Source: Bryobacterales bacterium
GTDB taxonomy: Bacteria > Acidobacteriota > Terriglobia > Bryobacterales > UBA6623
Direction of reading: 5' to 3'
NCBI GenBank assembly: GCA_963422375.2
Contig: OY729428.2
Span: 1,504,001 to 1,568,000 of the forward strand
Length of the DNA: 64,000 nt
Shown here piece by piece: positions 32,984 through 43,367 of the stretch (positions are counted from its first letter, which is position 1; each line of letters opens with the position of its first letter). A program made the translations under genes and the position numbers. A model generated the notes under the pieces. That model was not told the DNA's origin. It ran no database searches and saw nothing but the letters and a program-made list of their open reading frames with translations.

Positions 32984-33805
32984 CTAGCGGCCGGACTCTC
33001 TCAGGAATTCTACGATCTTGGCGATCTCGCTTGACGAGTACACCTTATTCATGCCCCGGGGCATGGAGGACCGCTCGCGGTTGCGCCGCTCGCGAATGTC
33101 TCTCTTGCGAACGGACCGGAGGGGTGGCGGGACGGACGCCGCGTCGAACACCCGCACGTGCGTCTCGGTCTCCTCGGCCAGGACTCCGGCAACGCGGTCT
33201 CCAGAACGGAGCCGAAGCTCCAGCTGCTCGAATCCGTAGGCGACGCTGGCCCGCGGCCTGACGATGTGGCGTGCGAGCTCCCGCTCGTTCATGCTCCGGG
33301 CCGCGACCACCAGATTCGGCCCGACCGGCGTTCCTAGTCCGTCCACCTCGTGGCAGACGCCGCAGCGGCGCTCGCGCTGCAGGTCGAAGAAGAGATCCCT
33401 TCCGAGCGCGGCTCCGGGAGACAGATCCGCCCGGTCACTCGCCTCGGCTTCCGCTCCTAAGTCGATCACGGCGGAGGCGCCTGAGGGCGGTTCGGTCGAA
33501 AGGCTGAGCACGTAGGCTGTCACAGCCCACACGGACCGATCCGGAATCACGCCCTTCCAGCCCGGCATGCTGGTGCCCGGCAAGCCCTCGACCGTGATGC
33601 GATAGAGCTCGCGAGGGTCCCAGGAGCGCTCGCGCAGCGCCGGTCCGCGAGCCGCCTTCCCCTCGGAGCCGTGGCAGTACCCGACCGAGCAACTCCTAGC
33701 GAACTGCTCCGCACCGTCGGCGATCAGTTCCGGCGAGGTGAGGTCCAGCGGACTGGCCGCGAGGGGACCGGCAAGCAGCAGCAACGCCGCGACCGTGCGG
33801 GTCAT
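32984..33805 (-). CDS. Di-heme cytochrome c (CX4CH + CXXCH, C-terminal putative heme-binding domain)
   Basis: Signal peptide; CSVGYCHG, GLPGTSMP, CGVCH, GPNL, SSMP; overlaps the upstream dehydrogenase stop codon. Confidence 0.82.
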   Translation of the reverse strand: MTRTVAALLLLAGPLAASPLDLTSPELIADGAEQFARSCSVGYCHGSEGKAARGPALRERSWDPRELYRITVEGLPGTSMPGWKGVIPDRSVWAVTAYVLSLSTEPPSGASAVIDLGAEAEASDRADLSPGAALGRDLFFDLQRERRCGVCHEVDGLGTPVGPNLVVAARSMNERELARHIVRPRASVAYGFEQLELRLRSGDRVAGVLAEETETHVRVFDAASVPPPLRSVRKRDIRERRNRERSSMPRGMNKVYSSSEIAKIVEFLRESGR

Positions 33806-35541
33806 TCGCCGTCCTCCGGAAGGGCGAAGGCGAAGATGCTCGACCCGCTCGGTAGCTCTCCGATCTCTGGCCAGAGCTGCGTCGTCAGGCCGGCCAGCGC
33901 CGATCCCCAGCCGCTCGGGGTGGCGATGAACTGGCGTCCGCCGACGGAATAGGTGACCGCCGAGCCGCGGTGGCCGGAACCGGTGCGGAAGCTCCACAGC
34001 TCGCGCCCGGTCGCGGCGTCCAAGGCGAAGAAACGTCCGGTCGCATCACCGCTGAGGACCAGCCCGCCCGCAGTCGCGAGCTGCGACGCCAGCAGGGGGT
34101 ACTTGTGCTTGTACTGCCACTTGCGCTCGCCCGTGACCGGATCGTAGGCCGACAGGTGCGAGTGGGCCTTGCCTTCCTTGGGGTGCGCCAGCTGGAACTC
34201 GCCCCCGAAGAACGGCATGCCCTCCCGGGGCTCTTCGCGTCGCACCGTCAGCACTTGGCACCACTCGAGGCCGGTCGAATAGAACCAGCCCGTGTCCGGG
34301 GAATACGCCCCGTGATTCCAGCTCCGTCCTCCGCCGATCGAGGGGCAGACGAAGGCCTCCTTGCCCACCTCCGGCTCGTTTCGCCCGAGGAGCTCGCCGC
34401 CGGGGCCGATTCCCTCGATCCAGTTGGACGCTTGCACGAGGGGCCAGGCCCCCAGGAACGAGCCGTCCGCCCGGTCGAGCAGCCAGACATGGCCGGACTT
34501 CGACGGATTGAGGAGTGCTCTGCGCTTCTTGCCGCCCAGTTCGAGATCAAGCAGGACGATCTCGTACGCCGAGTCGTAGTCCCACACGTCGTGCGGGATT
34601 TGCTGATAGTGCCACTGGAGTTCGCCGGTGTCGGGATCCAGCGCCACTATCGAGTCGGTGTAGAGGTTGTCCCCCTCGCGGTCGCCGCCGTAGAAATCGG
34701 CCGCAGGGTTCCCGACCGCCCAGTACAGCAGGTCCAGCTCGGGGTCGTACGTGCCCGTCACCCAGGTCGATCCGCCGCCGTACTTCCACGAGTCGCCTGC
34801 CCACGTCTCGTGGCCGGGCTCGCCTGGCCCCGGAATCGCCCAGAAGCGCCAGCGGTGCCGGCCGGTCCTGGCGTCGTAGGCGTTCAGGTAGCCGCGATGG
34901 GCCGAGTCGCCGCCGGTGACTCCCGTGATGACCAGGTCCTTGACCACGAGTGGTGCCGAGGTGATGTTGCAGCCGCATTGCTTGGCGCTCTCCACCTCGG
35001 TCCGCCAGACCTCCTCCCCTGTAGCGCGGTCCAGCGCGACCACGTGGTTGTCCAGAGTTCCGAGGAACACAAGGCCGTACGCCACCGCCACGCCTCGGTT
35101 CCAAGTGCCGTAGGTCGCTGGGATTTGCTCCGGCTCCGGGTACTCGAAATGCCAGATCTGCTCGCCGCTGGCTGCGTCCAGGGCGAACACGTGATTCCAA
35201 GCCGTCGAGACGTACATCACGCCGTCGACGATCAAGGGGGCCGCCTGGAGGCCGCCGTCGGTGATGCCGCTCTCGAAGGCCCAGACCGGACGGAGGGCCT
35301 CCACGTTGCCGCGGTTGATCCGGTCCAGCGGGCTATAGCGCCAGCTCTTGTACGTGCCGTAGTAGGTCAGCCAGTTGGCAGGGTCCTCGTCGGCGCGGTT
35401 CAGCCGCTCCGAGTCGACTTCCGCGCCCGCTAGTAGGCACGGCACGATCAGTGCGGCTAGCGCGAGGAGGCACGGGGCGCGGCGCCCATCTCCGTCGTCG
35501 GACGCCCCCCGGAAAGGAGCCGGCTTCCCTGTCGCGGTCAT
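33802..35541 (-). CDS. PQQ-type (methanol/ethanol family) beta-propeller dehydrogenase, atypical active site
   Basis: WLTYYG..WRYSPL.RIN, LQAAPL, NRGVA, CGCNITSAP, GGDSAHRG, GGGSTW, GNP, GDNLYT, PHDVWDYD, CPSIGGG, GRQFI. Confidence 0.9.
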   Translation of the reverse strand: MTATGKPAPFRGASDDGDGRRAPCLLALAALIVPCLLAGAEVDSERLNRADEDPANWLTYYGTYKSWRYSPLDRINRGNVEALRPVWAFESGITDGGLQAAPLIVDGVMYVSTAWNHVFALDAASGEQIWHFEYPEPEQIPATYGTWNRGVAVAYGLVFLGTLDNHVVALDRATGEEVWRTEVESAKQCGCNITSAPLVVKDLVITGVTGGDSAHRGYLNAYDARTGRHRWRFWAIPGPGEPGHETWAGDSWKYGGGSTWVTGTYDPELDLLYWAVGNPAADFYGGDREGDNLYTDSIVALDPDTGELQWHYQQIPHDVWDYDSAYEIVLLDLELGGKKRRALLNPSKSGHVWLLDRADGSFLGAWPLVQASNWIEGIGPGGELLGRNEPEVGKEAFVCPSIGGGRSWNHGAYSPDTGWFYSTGLEWCQVLTVRREEPREGMPFFGGEFQLAHPKEGKAHSHLSAYDPVTGERKWQYKHKYPLLASQLATAGGLVLSGDATGRFFALDAATGRELWSFRTGSGHRGSAVTYSVGGRQFIATPSGWGSALAGLTTQLWPEIGELPSGSSIFAFALPEDGE

Positions 35542-36473
35542 TCCGATTCCCCGGGTGGGACGAAGGCCACGGCTCTGGTGGGGCTGCCGGACTGGTCGAT
35601 GATCTTCAGCGGCAGCGCCACGTAGTAGGCGCCCCGCACCGGGAGCTCGCCGAGGTTCGTCAGCAGTTCCTCCCAGCTCATCCCGTGCTGCAGGCCGGCC
35701 ACATGGGTCGGCTGGCCGTCCTGCACGGGCCCCATTGACGCGCCGTCGGTGCCGAGATGCCAGACGCCCTTGCCCCGGAGGTATTCGACAGCCTCCGGGG
35801 TCGGCGCGGGCCAGCCGGGCGCGCTCTTGAGAATCAGCGGCTCGAACGTGAACCGCGCCCCCTCCGGCAGGGGCTTGTAGTAGGCGTCCGAATAGCCGCT
35901 GTGGAATAGGACGACTTCGCCGGCTTGGATCTCGCCGTGCTCGGCTTCCCACGCTTGGATGCGCTCGACGGTGATCGGCGCGGACAGTCCGGGCGCGGCG
36001 GCGTCGCGAATGTCCGTCACGTCGAGCACCGCCGCCGGACCGGTCATGCGACCCAGCGGATACTTGTCTCCGGTCATCGCGCCCATCGGCCCCGCGTGGG
36101 GCAGCCCGCTGCCCGGGGGCGGCACGAAGTGGGCAGGGAAGTCGGTCTGGGTGCCCGTGTGCTCGTCGATGACGAAACGCTGCGAGTAGTACGGCGCGGC
36201 GCTTGGCGTGAAGGGGGTGCCGTACTCGTTGTCGAGGGCCTCGAACCAGTTAGTCGTCCAGCGGGCGAAGGGAGGGTTGGCTCCCCAATGGGCCGGCAGC
36301 GACTCGGAGACGAGGACCGTCAGATCGACGATGCGGGCCCCCGAGGCGACCGGGCCGAGATCGGGGGCGGCGGAGTCTGCCGGGGCGGCCCCGGCCGTGC
36401 CGGGCGGGTCGGTTGCGGGTGCGCAGCCGAGCACCGACAGGCCCAGAATCCAGGCGAGGGCGGGACGCGTCAT
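35538..36473 (-). CDS. Cyclase family (kynurenine formamidase-like) lipoprotein
   Basis: Lipobox VLGC; VDLT, EHTGTQTDFPAHF, GEVVLFHSG, LGTDGAS, E.LTNL, GSPTRAVA. Confidence 0.85.
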   Translation of the reverse strand: MTRPALAWILGLSVLGCAPATDPPGTAGAAPADSAAPDLGPVASGARIVDLTVLVSESLPAHWGANPPFARWTTNWFEALDNEYGTPFTPSAAPYYSQRFVIDEHTGTQTDFPAHFVPPPGSGLPHAGPMGAMTGDKYPLGRMTGPAAVLDVTDIRDAAAPGLSAPITVERIQAWEAEHGEIQAGEVVLFHSGYSDAYYKPLPEGARFTFEPLILKSAPGWPAPTPEAVEYLRGKGVWHLGTDGASMGPVQDGQPTHVAGLQHGMSWEELLTNLGELPVRGAYYVALPLKIIDQSGSPTRAVAFVPPGESE

Positions 36474-37061
36474 CAATGGGGGTTCCTTCCGGTCCGAGGT
36501 GCCGCGACGGCCCCCTTGGCGGCCCGGTCGAATCGATTCGGGGGCGCCAAGCGCTGACAGCGATTCCTCTCCAATAGAAAACGATAGCGCAACGCTGGCC
36601 TCCCGCCGGGCACCGCTCCCGCGGATTTCCCGGCGCGCACGAGCGTCCGTACCGCTGGAGCCCGCCATGATCCGCGGGCGCGTTCTGTGTCGAGGCAGCG
36701 GCGCCGGGCGGGCCGTCGACGGCATTCGCCTCGGTGCGGAGAAACCGGAGGTCGGCATCCCCGTCCGCGACCGCTCCGCCCGGCACACCAATGGATTCAG
36801 TGGATTACAGGCGATTCGACTGACACTCGTCGATTCGCATGGGATTCCCGGCTGGGAGCCGATGCGCTGGCAAGGCCCAGCTTCGGGCCGGTTCGAGCGG
36901 CAGCCGAGCGAGTGACGCTGCGACCGCCGGCCGTCCGAGATGCTCGCTCCCGATTCGCTGCCCGACGCGGAAACGGCGCGGCCAGCCACTCGATTCGGTC
37001 CCGCGAGGGAGGCCGAGGCGCCCCTCGCTCGTGCGAGTGTCTCTCGGCGTGCCGCGGCCGG

Positions 37062-39503
37062 TCAGCCTCCGCCGGCAAGCTTCTTCAGTAGGCCTCCGAC
37101 TGCTTGCTCGATGCGCGCGACGTCCAAGTTCTCGGGCATCGGGATGGCCATGACCTTCCGGTTCGTCTGCGGGTCGGTTCGGACGAGGCCATCGAGCATG
37201 CCCTTGCCGGGTCGAGCGGCCGCCCTGGGCTTGGGTGTTTGGTGGCCGGGCTGAGCGGCGGGAGCCTCCGCCGGCGGAACGAGCGCTTCGAGGAGGCGCG
37301 CGCCGGCCTCGAGCAGGCCCGTCACTGCCCGGTCGATGTCGGTCCCGCCCGAGCCTCCCCCGGCGGGCGGATCGCCGGAGGGCTCCCCCCGGACGCCGCC
37401 GGAAGCTCCCTGCGGCCCCGTTCCGTCAGCCGTGACGCGATCGCCCGCGGGGTCCTCGCCCAGAGCCACGGCGGGCACCCTCGCGGCGTCGTCCTCGGGG
37501 CCCGTGTCCATGACCTCCTCGACGACGTCGAGCATGTTGGATCGTCCGAGCTTCTCGAAGCTGACTTCGTCGGCCGCCGAGTCGAACAGCCCGGAGAAGA
37601 GGGCCTTCTTGAGCCGCATGGTTTCCCACACCCGCTCCTCGATGCTCGCTTCGGTCACCATGTGAATCACCTGCACGGGACTGGCCTGGCCCATGCGGTG
37701 AATCCGTCCGATGCGCTGCTCGAGGCGCGCTGGGTTCCACGGAGGCTCGAAGTTGATCACGGCCGATGCCGCCTGCAGGTTCAAGCCGACGCCGCCGGCG
37801 TCGGTGGATAGAAAAGCCATGCAGCGTGGGTCCTCGCGGAACCGCTGCATCAGCGCGCCGCGCTTGGCCGTGGGCACGCCGCCGTGCAGTGAGACGAAGT
37901 CGATCCCGAGCGCGCGCAGCTCCGCGCCCGCGAGATGCGTCATGCGCTGGAACTCGCTGAAGATCACGACCTTGCACCCTTCCTCAAGCGTCAGCTCGCG
38001 CACGATCTCGCGAAACTCCTCGAGCTTCGGGGAGTGGTTGGTCTCCTTGTCGAACAGGTAGGTGGAGTTGCAGATCATGCGCATGTTCTGCAGGCAGCAC
38101 ATGAGGCGCCGTCGGTCCACGTCCGACAGCCATCCTTGGCGCTTCCACTTGCGCACTAGGCGAGCAAGGATTTCGTGCTGCTCCCAGTACGGTCCGGCCT
38201 GCTCCCGGGTCATGGGCACGCGGAAGGTCTGGTCGGCCCGGGGCGGCAGCTGCTTGAGAACCTCGCCGCGTTTCCGCCGTAGCAGCACTGGCCGCAGCTG
38301 CTCGTGCAGGCGGCCCAGCCCCCGGTAGCCGAGCAGCTCGCCTTTCTCCCCGGTGTCTACGTGCTCGTGCAGGAACCGGAACGCCGGCCCTAGCACGCGG
38401 CCGTCGACGAACTCTACGACTGAGTAGAGCTCCTCGAGTTTGTTCTCCAGTGGCGTGCCCGTGAGCACGATCGCGTAGCGGCTCTTGAGCTGCTTGACCG
38501 CCCGCGCCGTGCTGGTGGCCCAGTTACGGATGCGCTGCGCTTCGTCCAAGACAATCAGGTCTGCGTGCAGCGTCGCGATTTCGTCCATGTCGCGCAAGAC
38601 GAGTTCGTAGTTGATCAGGTTGAAGAACGCGGGTTCGCCGTACCGCTTGGCCCGTCGCGCCCTGTCCCCGTCGATGACTTGGGCCGTCAGATCGGTGAAC
38701 CGCTCGATCTCGGTCTTCCACTGGTACTTGACGGATGCTGGCGAGATCACCAGCACCCGCTCGATGCCCCGGCGCCGACGCAGCAGCGCGGCCGCCGCGA
38801 TCGTTTGGATGGTCTTGCCGAGACCCATGTCGTCCGCCAGCACCACCCGGCCGCGGCTGGCGGCGAACAGGGCGCCCCGCTCCTGGTAGGGGAACAGCGG
38901 GACCTTGACGAGGCCCTTGAACACCGCTTCGCCGCGCTCGATCCTCGCGAGCAGTTCCTGCTCCCACTTCAGCCCCTCCTCGACCTCGTTGATCCGGTCC
39001 ACGTGGTCGAGGACGTCGCTGTAGATGACGGCCGCGCCGTCCGCGGCGCGAATCTCGCCGAGCGCCCTGCCGAATTCGGCGTATCTCTCTCGCGGCAGGA
39101 TCCCCGCGCTGTCGAAATACTTGGCGGCGACGGCCGCAAGGGCCGGGTCGGTGTTTGCGGGCAGCTTCAGCTGCACGCTGAGAGTGTCGCCGTAGCGCAG
39201 CGACACCGATGCGCGCTCGCGCTCGTACCTCTTTGAAGCCAGCCGGGATCGATACCTGCTGCGCAATCGCTCGAGGATGCTCTCGATGTGCTTGCACGTT
39301 CCGAGCGTGTTCCGCGCGAAGTCCGGGCAGGTGCAGTAATTGTCGAACAAACCCGGACCGCGCATCGCGATGCGGTATTCGCTGCCGCTCGCGGAGAGGA
39401 CCTGGTAGTCGCCGTACGGCTGGCCCTTCGGGTGCGCCAGGATGCGCTTGATTGCCTCGCTCGCCCGCTTCTGACGCGCTTGGATCTGTTCCTCGACCAG
39501 CAA
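37062..39503 (-). CDS. SNF2-family helicase/ATPase with N-terminal SWIM zinc finger
   Basis: CTCPDF..NTLGTCKHI; LADDMGLGKT, LDEAQRIRN, LTGTPLEN, STDAGGVGLNLQ, WNPARLEQRIGRIHR. Confidence 0.92.
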   Translation of the reverse strand: MLVEEQIQARQKRASEAIKRILAHPKGQPYGDYQVLSASGSEYRIAMRGPGLFDNYCTCPDFARNTLGTCKHIESILERLRSRYRSRLASKRYERERASVSLRYGDTLSVQLKLPANTDPALAAVAAKYFDSAGILPRERYAEFGRALGEIRAADGAAVIYSDVLDHVDRINEVEEGLKWEQELLARIERGEAVFKGLVKVPLFPYQERGALFAASRGRVVLADDMGLGKTIQTIAAAALLRRRRGIERVLVISPASVKYQWKTEIERFTDLTAQVIDGDRARRAKRYGEPAFFNLINYELVLRDMDEIATLHADLIVLDEAQRIRNWATSTARAVKQLKSRYAIVLTGTPLENKLEELYSVVEFVDGRVLGPAFRFLHEHVDTGEKGELLGYRGLGRLHEQLRPVLLRRKRGEVLKQLPPRADQTFRVPMTREQAGPYWEQHEILARLVRKWKRQGWLSDVDRRRLMCCLQNMRMICNSTYLFDKETNHSPKLEEFREIVRELTLEEGCKVVIFSEFQRMTHLAGAELRALGIDFVSLHGGVPTAKRGALMQRFREDPRCMAFLSTDAGGVGLNLQAASAVINFEPPWNPARLEQRIGRIHRMGQASPVQVIHMVTEASIEERVWETMRLKKALFSGLFDSAADEVSFEKLGRSNMLDVVEEVMDTGPEDDAARVPAVALGEDPAGDRVTADGTGPQGASGGVRGEPSGDPPAGGGSGGTDIDRAVTGLLEAGARLLEALVPPAEAPAAQPGHQTPKPRAAARPGKGMLDGLVRTDPQTNRKVMAIPMPENLDVARIEQAVGGLLKKLAGGG

Positions 39504-39719
39504 CGCTCTCCACTCTCCGAACTTGCGCTGTGCGCCCGGACCCCGCCTGCGTCCCTAGGCTAGAGCTCTTTGCGCGGACGCCCGGATTCCGCCGGCTCGG
39601 CGATAGCCGCGGCCTTCGCCGAGCCGCGAGCAGTCGCGGCCCCCGAGGGGCGGGCTACCATAGCGATAGGATCGTCACGAGCCGGTACCGGTCGGTGCCG
39701 CGCCACCGGTGTCGGCAGC

Positions 39720-42700
39720 ATGACCGCAAGAAGAGGAATCCGGCTCGCCGTCGGGGCGTCGACCGTCGGGCTGGGACTGGCGTCGCTGTTCGTCCCGGCT
39801 TGGGCGGCCGATGCGCCGCCTGATCCCCCGGACGCCGTGTTTGAGCGGGAGATGAAGCCGTTCTTGGAGCGCCGGTGCTACCTCTGTCACAACGATAGCA
39901 ACGCGATGTCGGGGGTGCGCCTCGACATACTCGACGGGACCTTGGACGAGCGCCACCTGCGCCTGTGGGAGGCGGTCCGCAAGCGCATCGTCGAGGAAAG
40001 CATGCCCCCGGAAGGGGCCCCGCAGCCCAGTGCAGACGAGCGTCGCGCGGCCCTCGACTGGACCAACCGGGCTCTGAAGTTCGCTCGCTCGCGCCCGACC
40101 CCGAAGAACGGCAACGTCAGGCGGCTGACGGTCGCCCAGTACCGCAACACCTTGCGCGAGCTGCTGCTGCTGGAAGACGATCTGACCGACACGCTGCCTC
40201 CCGACGCCGTTTCCAAGGATGGGTTTGTCAACAGCAGCGAGACGCTCGGTTTCTCGCCGTTGCAGCTCGAAACCTATCTGCAGATCGCCGGAGAAGCCTT
40301 GAGCGCGGCCGTCGTCGACCCCGACGCGAGGCCGGCGATTCAGAATTTCCGCGTCGAACTCGGACAGTCGATCAATCCCGACCCGCTGCCCGACGATCTT
40401 ATTCTCGGGGCCGGCAGCCTGCTGCTGCGCACACCCGATTACCTCGTGACGCAGCCGGCGCCGAGCAAGCCGTTCGCGTTCGAGCCGCTTCGGATGCGGA
40501 CGAAGTACCGCTTCCACGAGGGCTACCGGGGCAACGCCACCGTCCGGGGCTGGAGGGAGTACGACAGCATCTACCACGCCGTCTTCGCCGGCATGCGCGG
40601 CAGCCGAGGCTACCCCAAGGGCCTGCCCTACAGCGTGGCGACCGAGGGCCTGCTGCTGCGGCCGGCCATACCTAGCGACGAGATCTTTCGAAGCGACGGC
40701 ACGTACGGGCCGAAGGCGAACTTCAAGATCTCGGTGCGCGAGCTACCCGACTTCGGCCGCTTCCGGGTCACGGTCAGGGCGGCTCGCTACGACGACGGCC
40801 TGCTGCTCGATCCCGGCGACCCCGCCCAGGATCCGGCCGGGCCGGGCTCAGTCTCTCTGGACCTCGCGGGCGGATCCGGAACGGTGGAGATCGAGCAGGC
40901 CGGTGTGTATCAGATAGACGTATACGAGGCGCCGAGGCGGGCGCCGCCGGATCCGGCGCCACTGGAGCGGCTCGCCGAGGGCCTGGCGGGAGCTTGGCCG
41001 CTCGACGGCAGCGAGGCGCTTCGCCTGGAGGGCGACGCCCGCTATGTCGACTCGCCGTTCGGCGGGGCCGCGTTCCTGGACGGGGACGGCGACGCGGTCA
41101 CGGTGCCCCGCACCGGATCTCTGGCGGTCGGTGCGGGCGACTTCACCGTCGCCGCTTGGATTCGCCCGAGCGAGCTGCGCCGGGCCGGAATCGCGGCCCT
41201 AGGAGCGCAGGAATGGACGCAGGGCTGGTACTTGGAGATGGCCAGCAACCGGGGAGACCTGCGCCTCGAGACGACCGGCCCGGACAAGGAATCGAACGGA
41301 GGAGTGACTTCGCCCATTCGGATCATCCGCAAGGACAGGTGGCAGCATGTCGCGGCCGTCGTTAAGCGCCGGAAGGGGCGCACCCAGCTGTACCTCAACG
41401 GCTACCCGGTCGCGCGGGGCAAGGTGGGACAGGCGGATCTGGGCAACCCGGATCTAGATCTTCGAATCGGGCGCGCTCCGGGCGGGCAGCATTTCCGCGG
41501 CGCGATCGACGAGGTCCGTCTGTACCGGAGGGCGCTCGGCGGGAGCGAGCTGCAGGCCCTGATCGAACCGGGCCGCAGGTTTGCCAAGCCACCTCCCGAG
41601 AAGCCTCAGGAAGTGACGCTTAAGGCGGGCCAGCGGCAGTTCTCCACGGTCTTGGAGCGACCGGCCTTTCTGGCTGCGAGGCTCGACCGGGGGCCGCTGC
41701 GCGTGGATGCCTCGCACTCCGGAACCAAGGGGCTGAGCCGCGCAGTCTTCACCCGCCTGCCCGACGGGCACGAGCTGGTGCAGCGGTTCCTGGCATTCGA
41801 GAAGCGCCTGCCTCGCGTCGGCGTGCATCTGGGCCTGCGCCGCGACTGCGGCAGCACCTTCGCCCCGGTTGGGAGGCCGCAGACCGTGGCCGGCAGGGAG
41901 GTGGCCACGTTTGTTTTCGAGGGCGCGATCCGCAACTATCCCAGCCCCGACGTCCAGGAGGACAACGACAACTACCTCGCGGGCATCCGCGAGATCGCCG
42001 TGCGCAGCGAGTACACCGACGGGCGCGATATGCCGCGGCTGCTGGTCCGGTCGGTCGAGTTCGAGGGGCCGCTGTACGAGAGCTGGCCGCCTCGCTCGCA
42101 CCGGAGGATATTCGTCGATTCCGAGCGCAGGTCCGACGGGGCGCGCTACGCCCGGGAAGTGATCCGCTCGTTCGCCGCCCGGGCCTTCCGGCGACCGGTC
42201 ACGCCCGCCGAGGAGAAGTCCCTCATGGCGGTCTACCGCCGCTCGCTCGACGGCGGGCGCGGCTTTCGCGCGAGCGTGACGGACGCCCTGCAGGTCGCGC
42301 TCACGTCGCCGCAGTTCCTGTTCCTCGTCGAGAGCAGCCCCACGCCGGGCCCCGAGCCGGTGGACGACTTCGAGCTGGCCGCGAAGCTCTCGTATTTCCT
42401 TTGGAACGGCCCCCCGGACCGGGCGACGCTGGAGCTCGCCGCCGAGGGCAGGCTCCGGGACGAGCTCGAAGCCGAGGTGACCCGGATGATCGCGGACTCC
42501 CGCTTCCCGCGCTTTGTGGGCGAATTCGCCTCCCAGTGGCTAAGCCTCGACAAGTTCGACGTGCTCGAGCCGGACCGGGACCGCTTTCCGGATCTCACGC
42601 ACGCGGTCCGCGCGCACTTGCGGCGGGAGCCGGCCGAGTTCCTGCTGCACCTGATCCGGAACAACCTGCCCGCGAGCCTCTTGATCGATTCCGATATCGT

Positions 42701-43346
42701 GATGGCCAACGAGGTGGTCGCGGCCTACTACGGGCTGGAGCACGCGCCCGGGAGCGGCTTCCGTTTCGTCCCCGTGCGGCACGGTCGGCCGGGCCTCGGC
42801 GGGCTGCTGGCGCAGGCAGCGATCATGGCCGGGCTGTCGGACGGCCGCGAGTCCAATCCGGTGAAGCGCGGGGCGTGGCTGGCGCGCAAGATTATCGCCG
42901 AGCCGCCGGACGACCCTCCTCCCAACGTGCCGGACCTGGATGCGGACACCGAGGGCCTGCCGCTCCGCGAGCGCCTGGCGAAGCATCGCGACATGCCGGG
43001 CTGCGCCCAGTGCCACGCGGGAATCGATCCCTGGGGGATCGCCCTCGAGGAATTCGACGCCGACGGCAGGCTGAAGCAAGTCCCCGCGGACGCCCGGGCC
43101 GTGCTTCCCGACAGCACGGAGGTATCGGGGCTGGACGAGCTCAAGCGCTACCTGTCGCGGGACCGCATCGACCAGGTTGCGTTCAGCGTTCTCAAGCACC
43201 TCGCGACCTACGCGACCGGTCGTGCGCTTTCGTATAATGAGCTAGCCGTTCTCAGGAACGACAGCAAGAGGCTGAAGATCGGCGGCTACCGCATGCAGGA
43301 CATGGTGCGGTACGTAGTGGCCAGCGCCTTGTTCCTCGAGAAGTAG
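39720..43346 (+). CDS. DUF1592-family multidomain protein (Planctomycete cytochrome c, PSD domains) with inserted LamG domain
   Basis: [58 protein letters not shown] (LamG), [49 protein letters not shown]. Confidence 0.9.
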   Translation: MTARRGIRLAVGASTVGLGLASLFVPAWAADAPPDPPDAVFEREMKPFLERRCYLCHNDSNAMSGVRLDILDGTLDERHLRLWEAVRKRIVEESMPPEGAPQPSADERRAALDWTNRALKFARSRPTPKNGNVRRLTVAQYRNTLRELLLLEDDLTDTLPPDAVSKDGFVNSSETLGFSPLQLETYLQIAGEALSAAVVDPDARPAIQNFRVELGQSINPDPLPDDLILGAGSLLLRTPDYLVTQPAPSKPFAFEPLRMRTKYRFHEGYRGNATVRGWREYDSIYHAVFAGMRGSRGYPKGLPYSVATEGLLLRPAIPSDEIFRSDGTYGPKANFKISVRELPDFGRFRVTVRAARYDDGLLLDPGDPAQDPAGPGSVSLDLAGGSGTVEIEQAGVYQIDVYEAPRRAPPDPAPLERLAEGLAGAWPLDGSEALRLEGDARYVDSPFGGAAFLDGDGDAVTVPRTGSLAVGAGDFTVAAWIRPSELRRAGIAALGAQEWTQGWYLEMASNRGDLRLETTGPDKESNGGVTSPIRIIRKDRWQHVAAVVKRRKGRTQLYLNGYPVARGKVGQADLGNPDLDLRIGRAPGGQHFRGAIDEVRLYRRALGGSELQALIEPGRRFAKPPPEKPQEVTLKAGQRQFSTVLERPAFLAARLDRGPLRVDASHSGTKGLSRAVFTRLPDGHELVQRFLAFEKRLPRVGVHLGLRRDCGSTFAPVGRPQTVAGREVATFVFEGAIRNYPSPDVQEDNDNYLAGIREIAVRSEYTDGRDMPRLLVRSVEFEGPLYESWPPRSHRRIFVDSERRSDGARYAREVIRSFAARAFRRPVTPAEEKSLMAVYRRSLDGGRGFRASVTDALQVALTSPQFLFLVESSPTPGPEPVDDFELAAKLSYFLWNGPPDRATLELAAEGRLRDELEAEVTRMIADSRFPRFVGEFASQWLSLDKFDVLEPDRDRFPDLTHAVRAHLRREPAEFLLHLIRNNLPASLLIDSDIVMANEVVAAYYGLEHAPGSGFRFVPVRHGRPGLGGLLAQAAIMAGLSDGRESNPVKRGAWLARKIIAEPPDDPPPNVPDLDADTEGLPLRERLAKHRDMPGCAQCHAGIDPWGIALEEFDADGRLKQVPADARAVLPDSTEVSGLDELKRYLSRDRIDQVAFSVLKHLATYATGRALSYNELAVLRNDSKRLKIGGYRMQDMVRYVVASALFLEK

Positions 43347-43367
43347 CGGTCGGACGAGGAGAATCCC

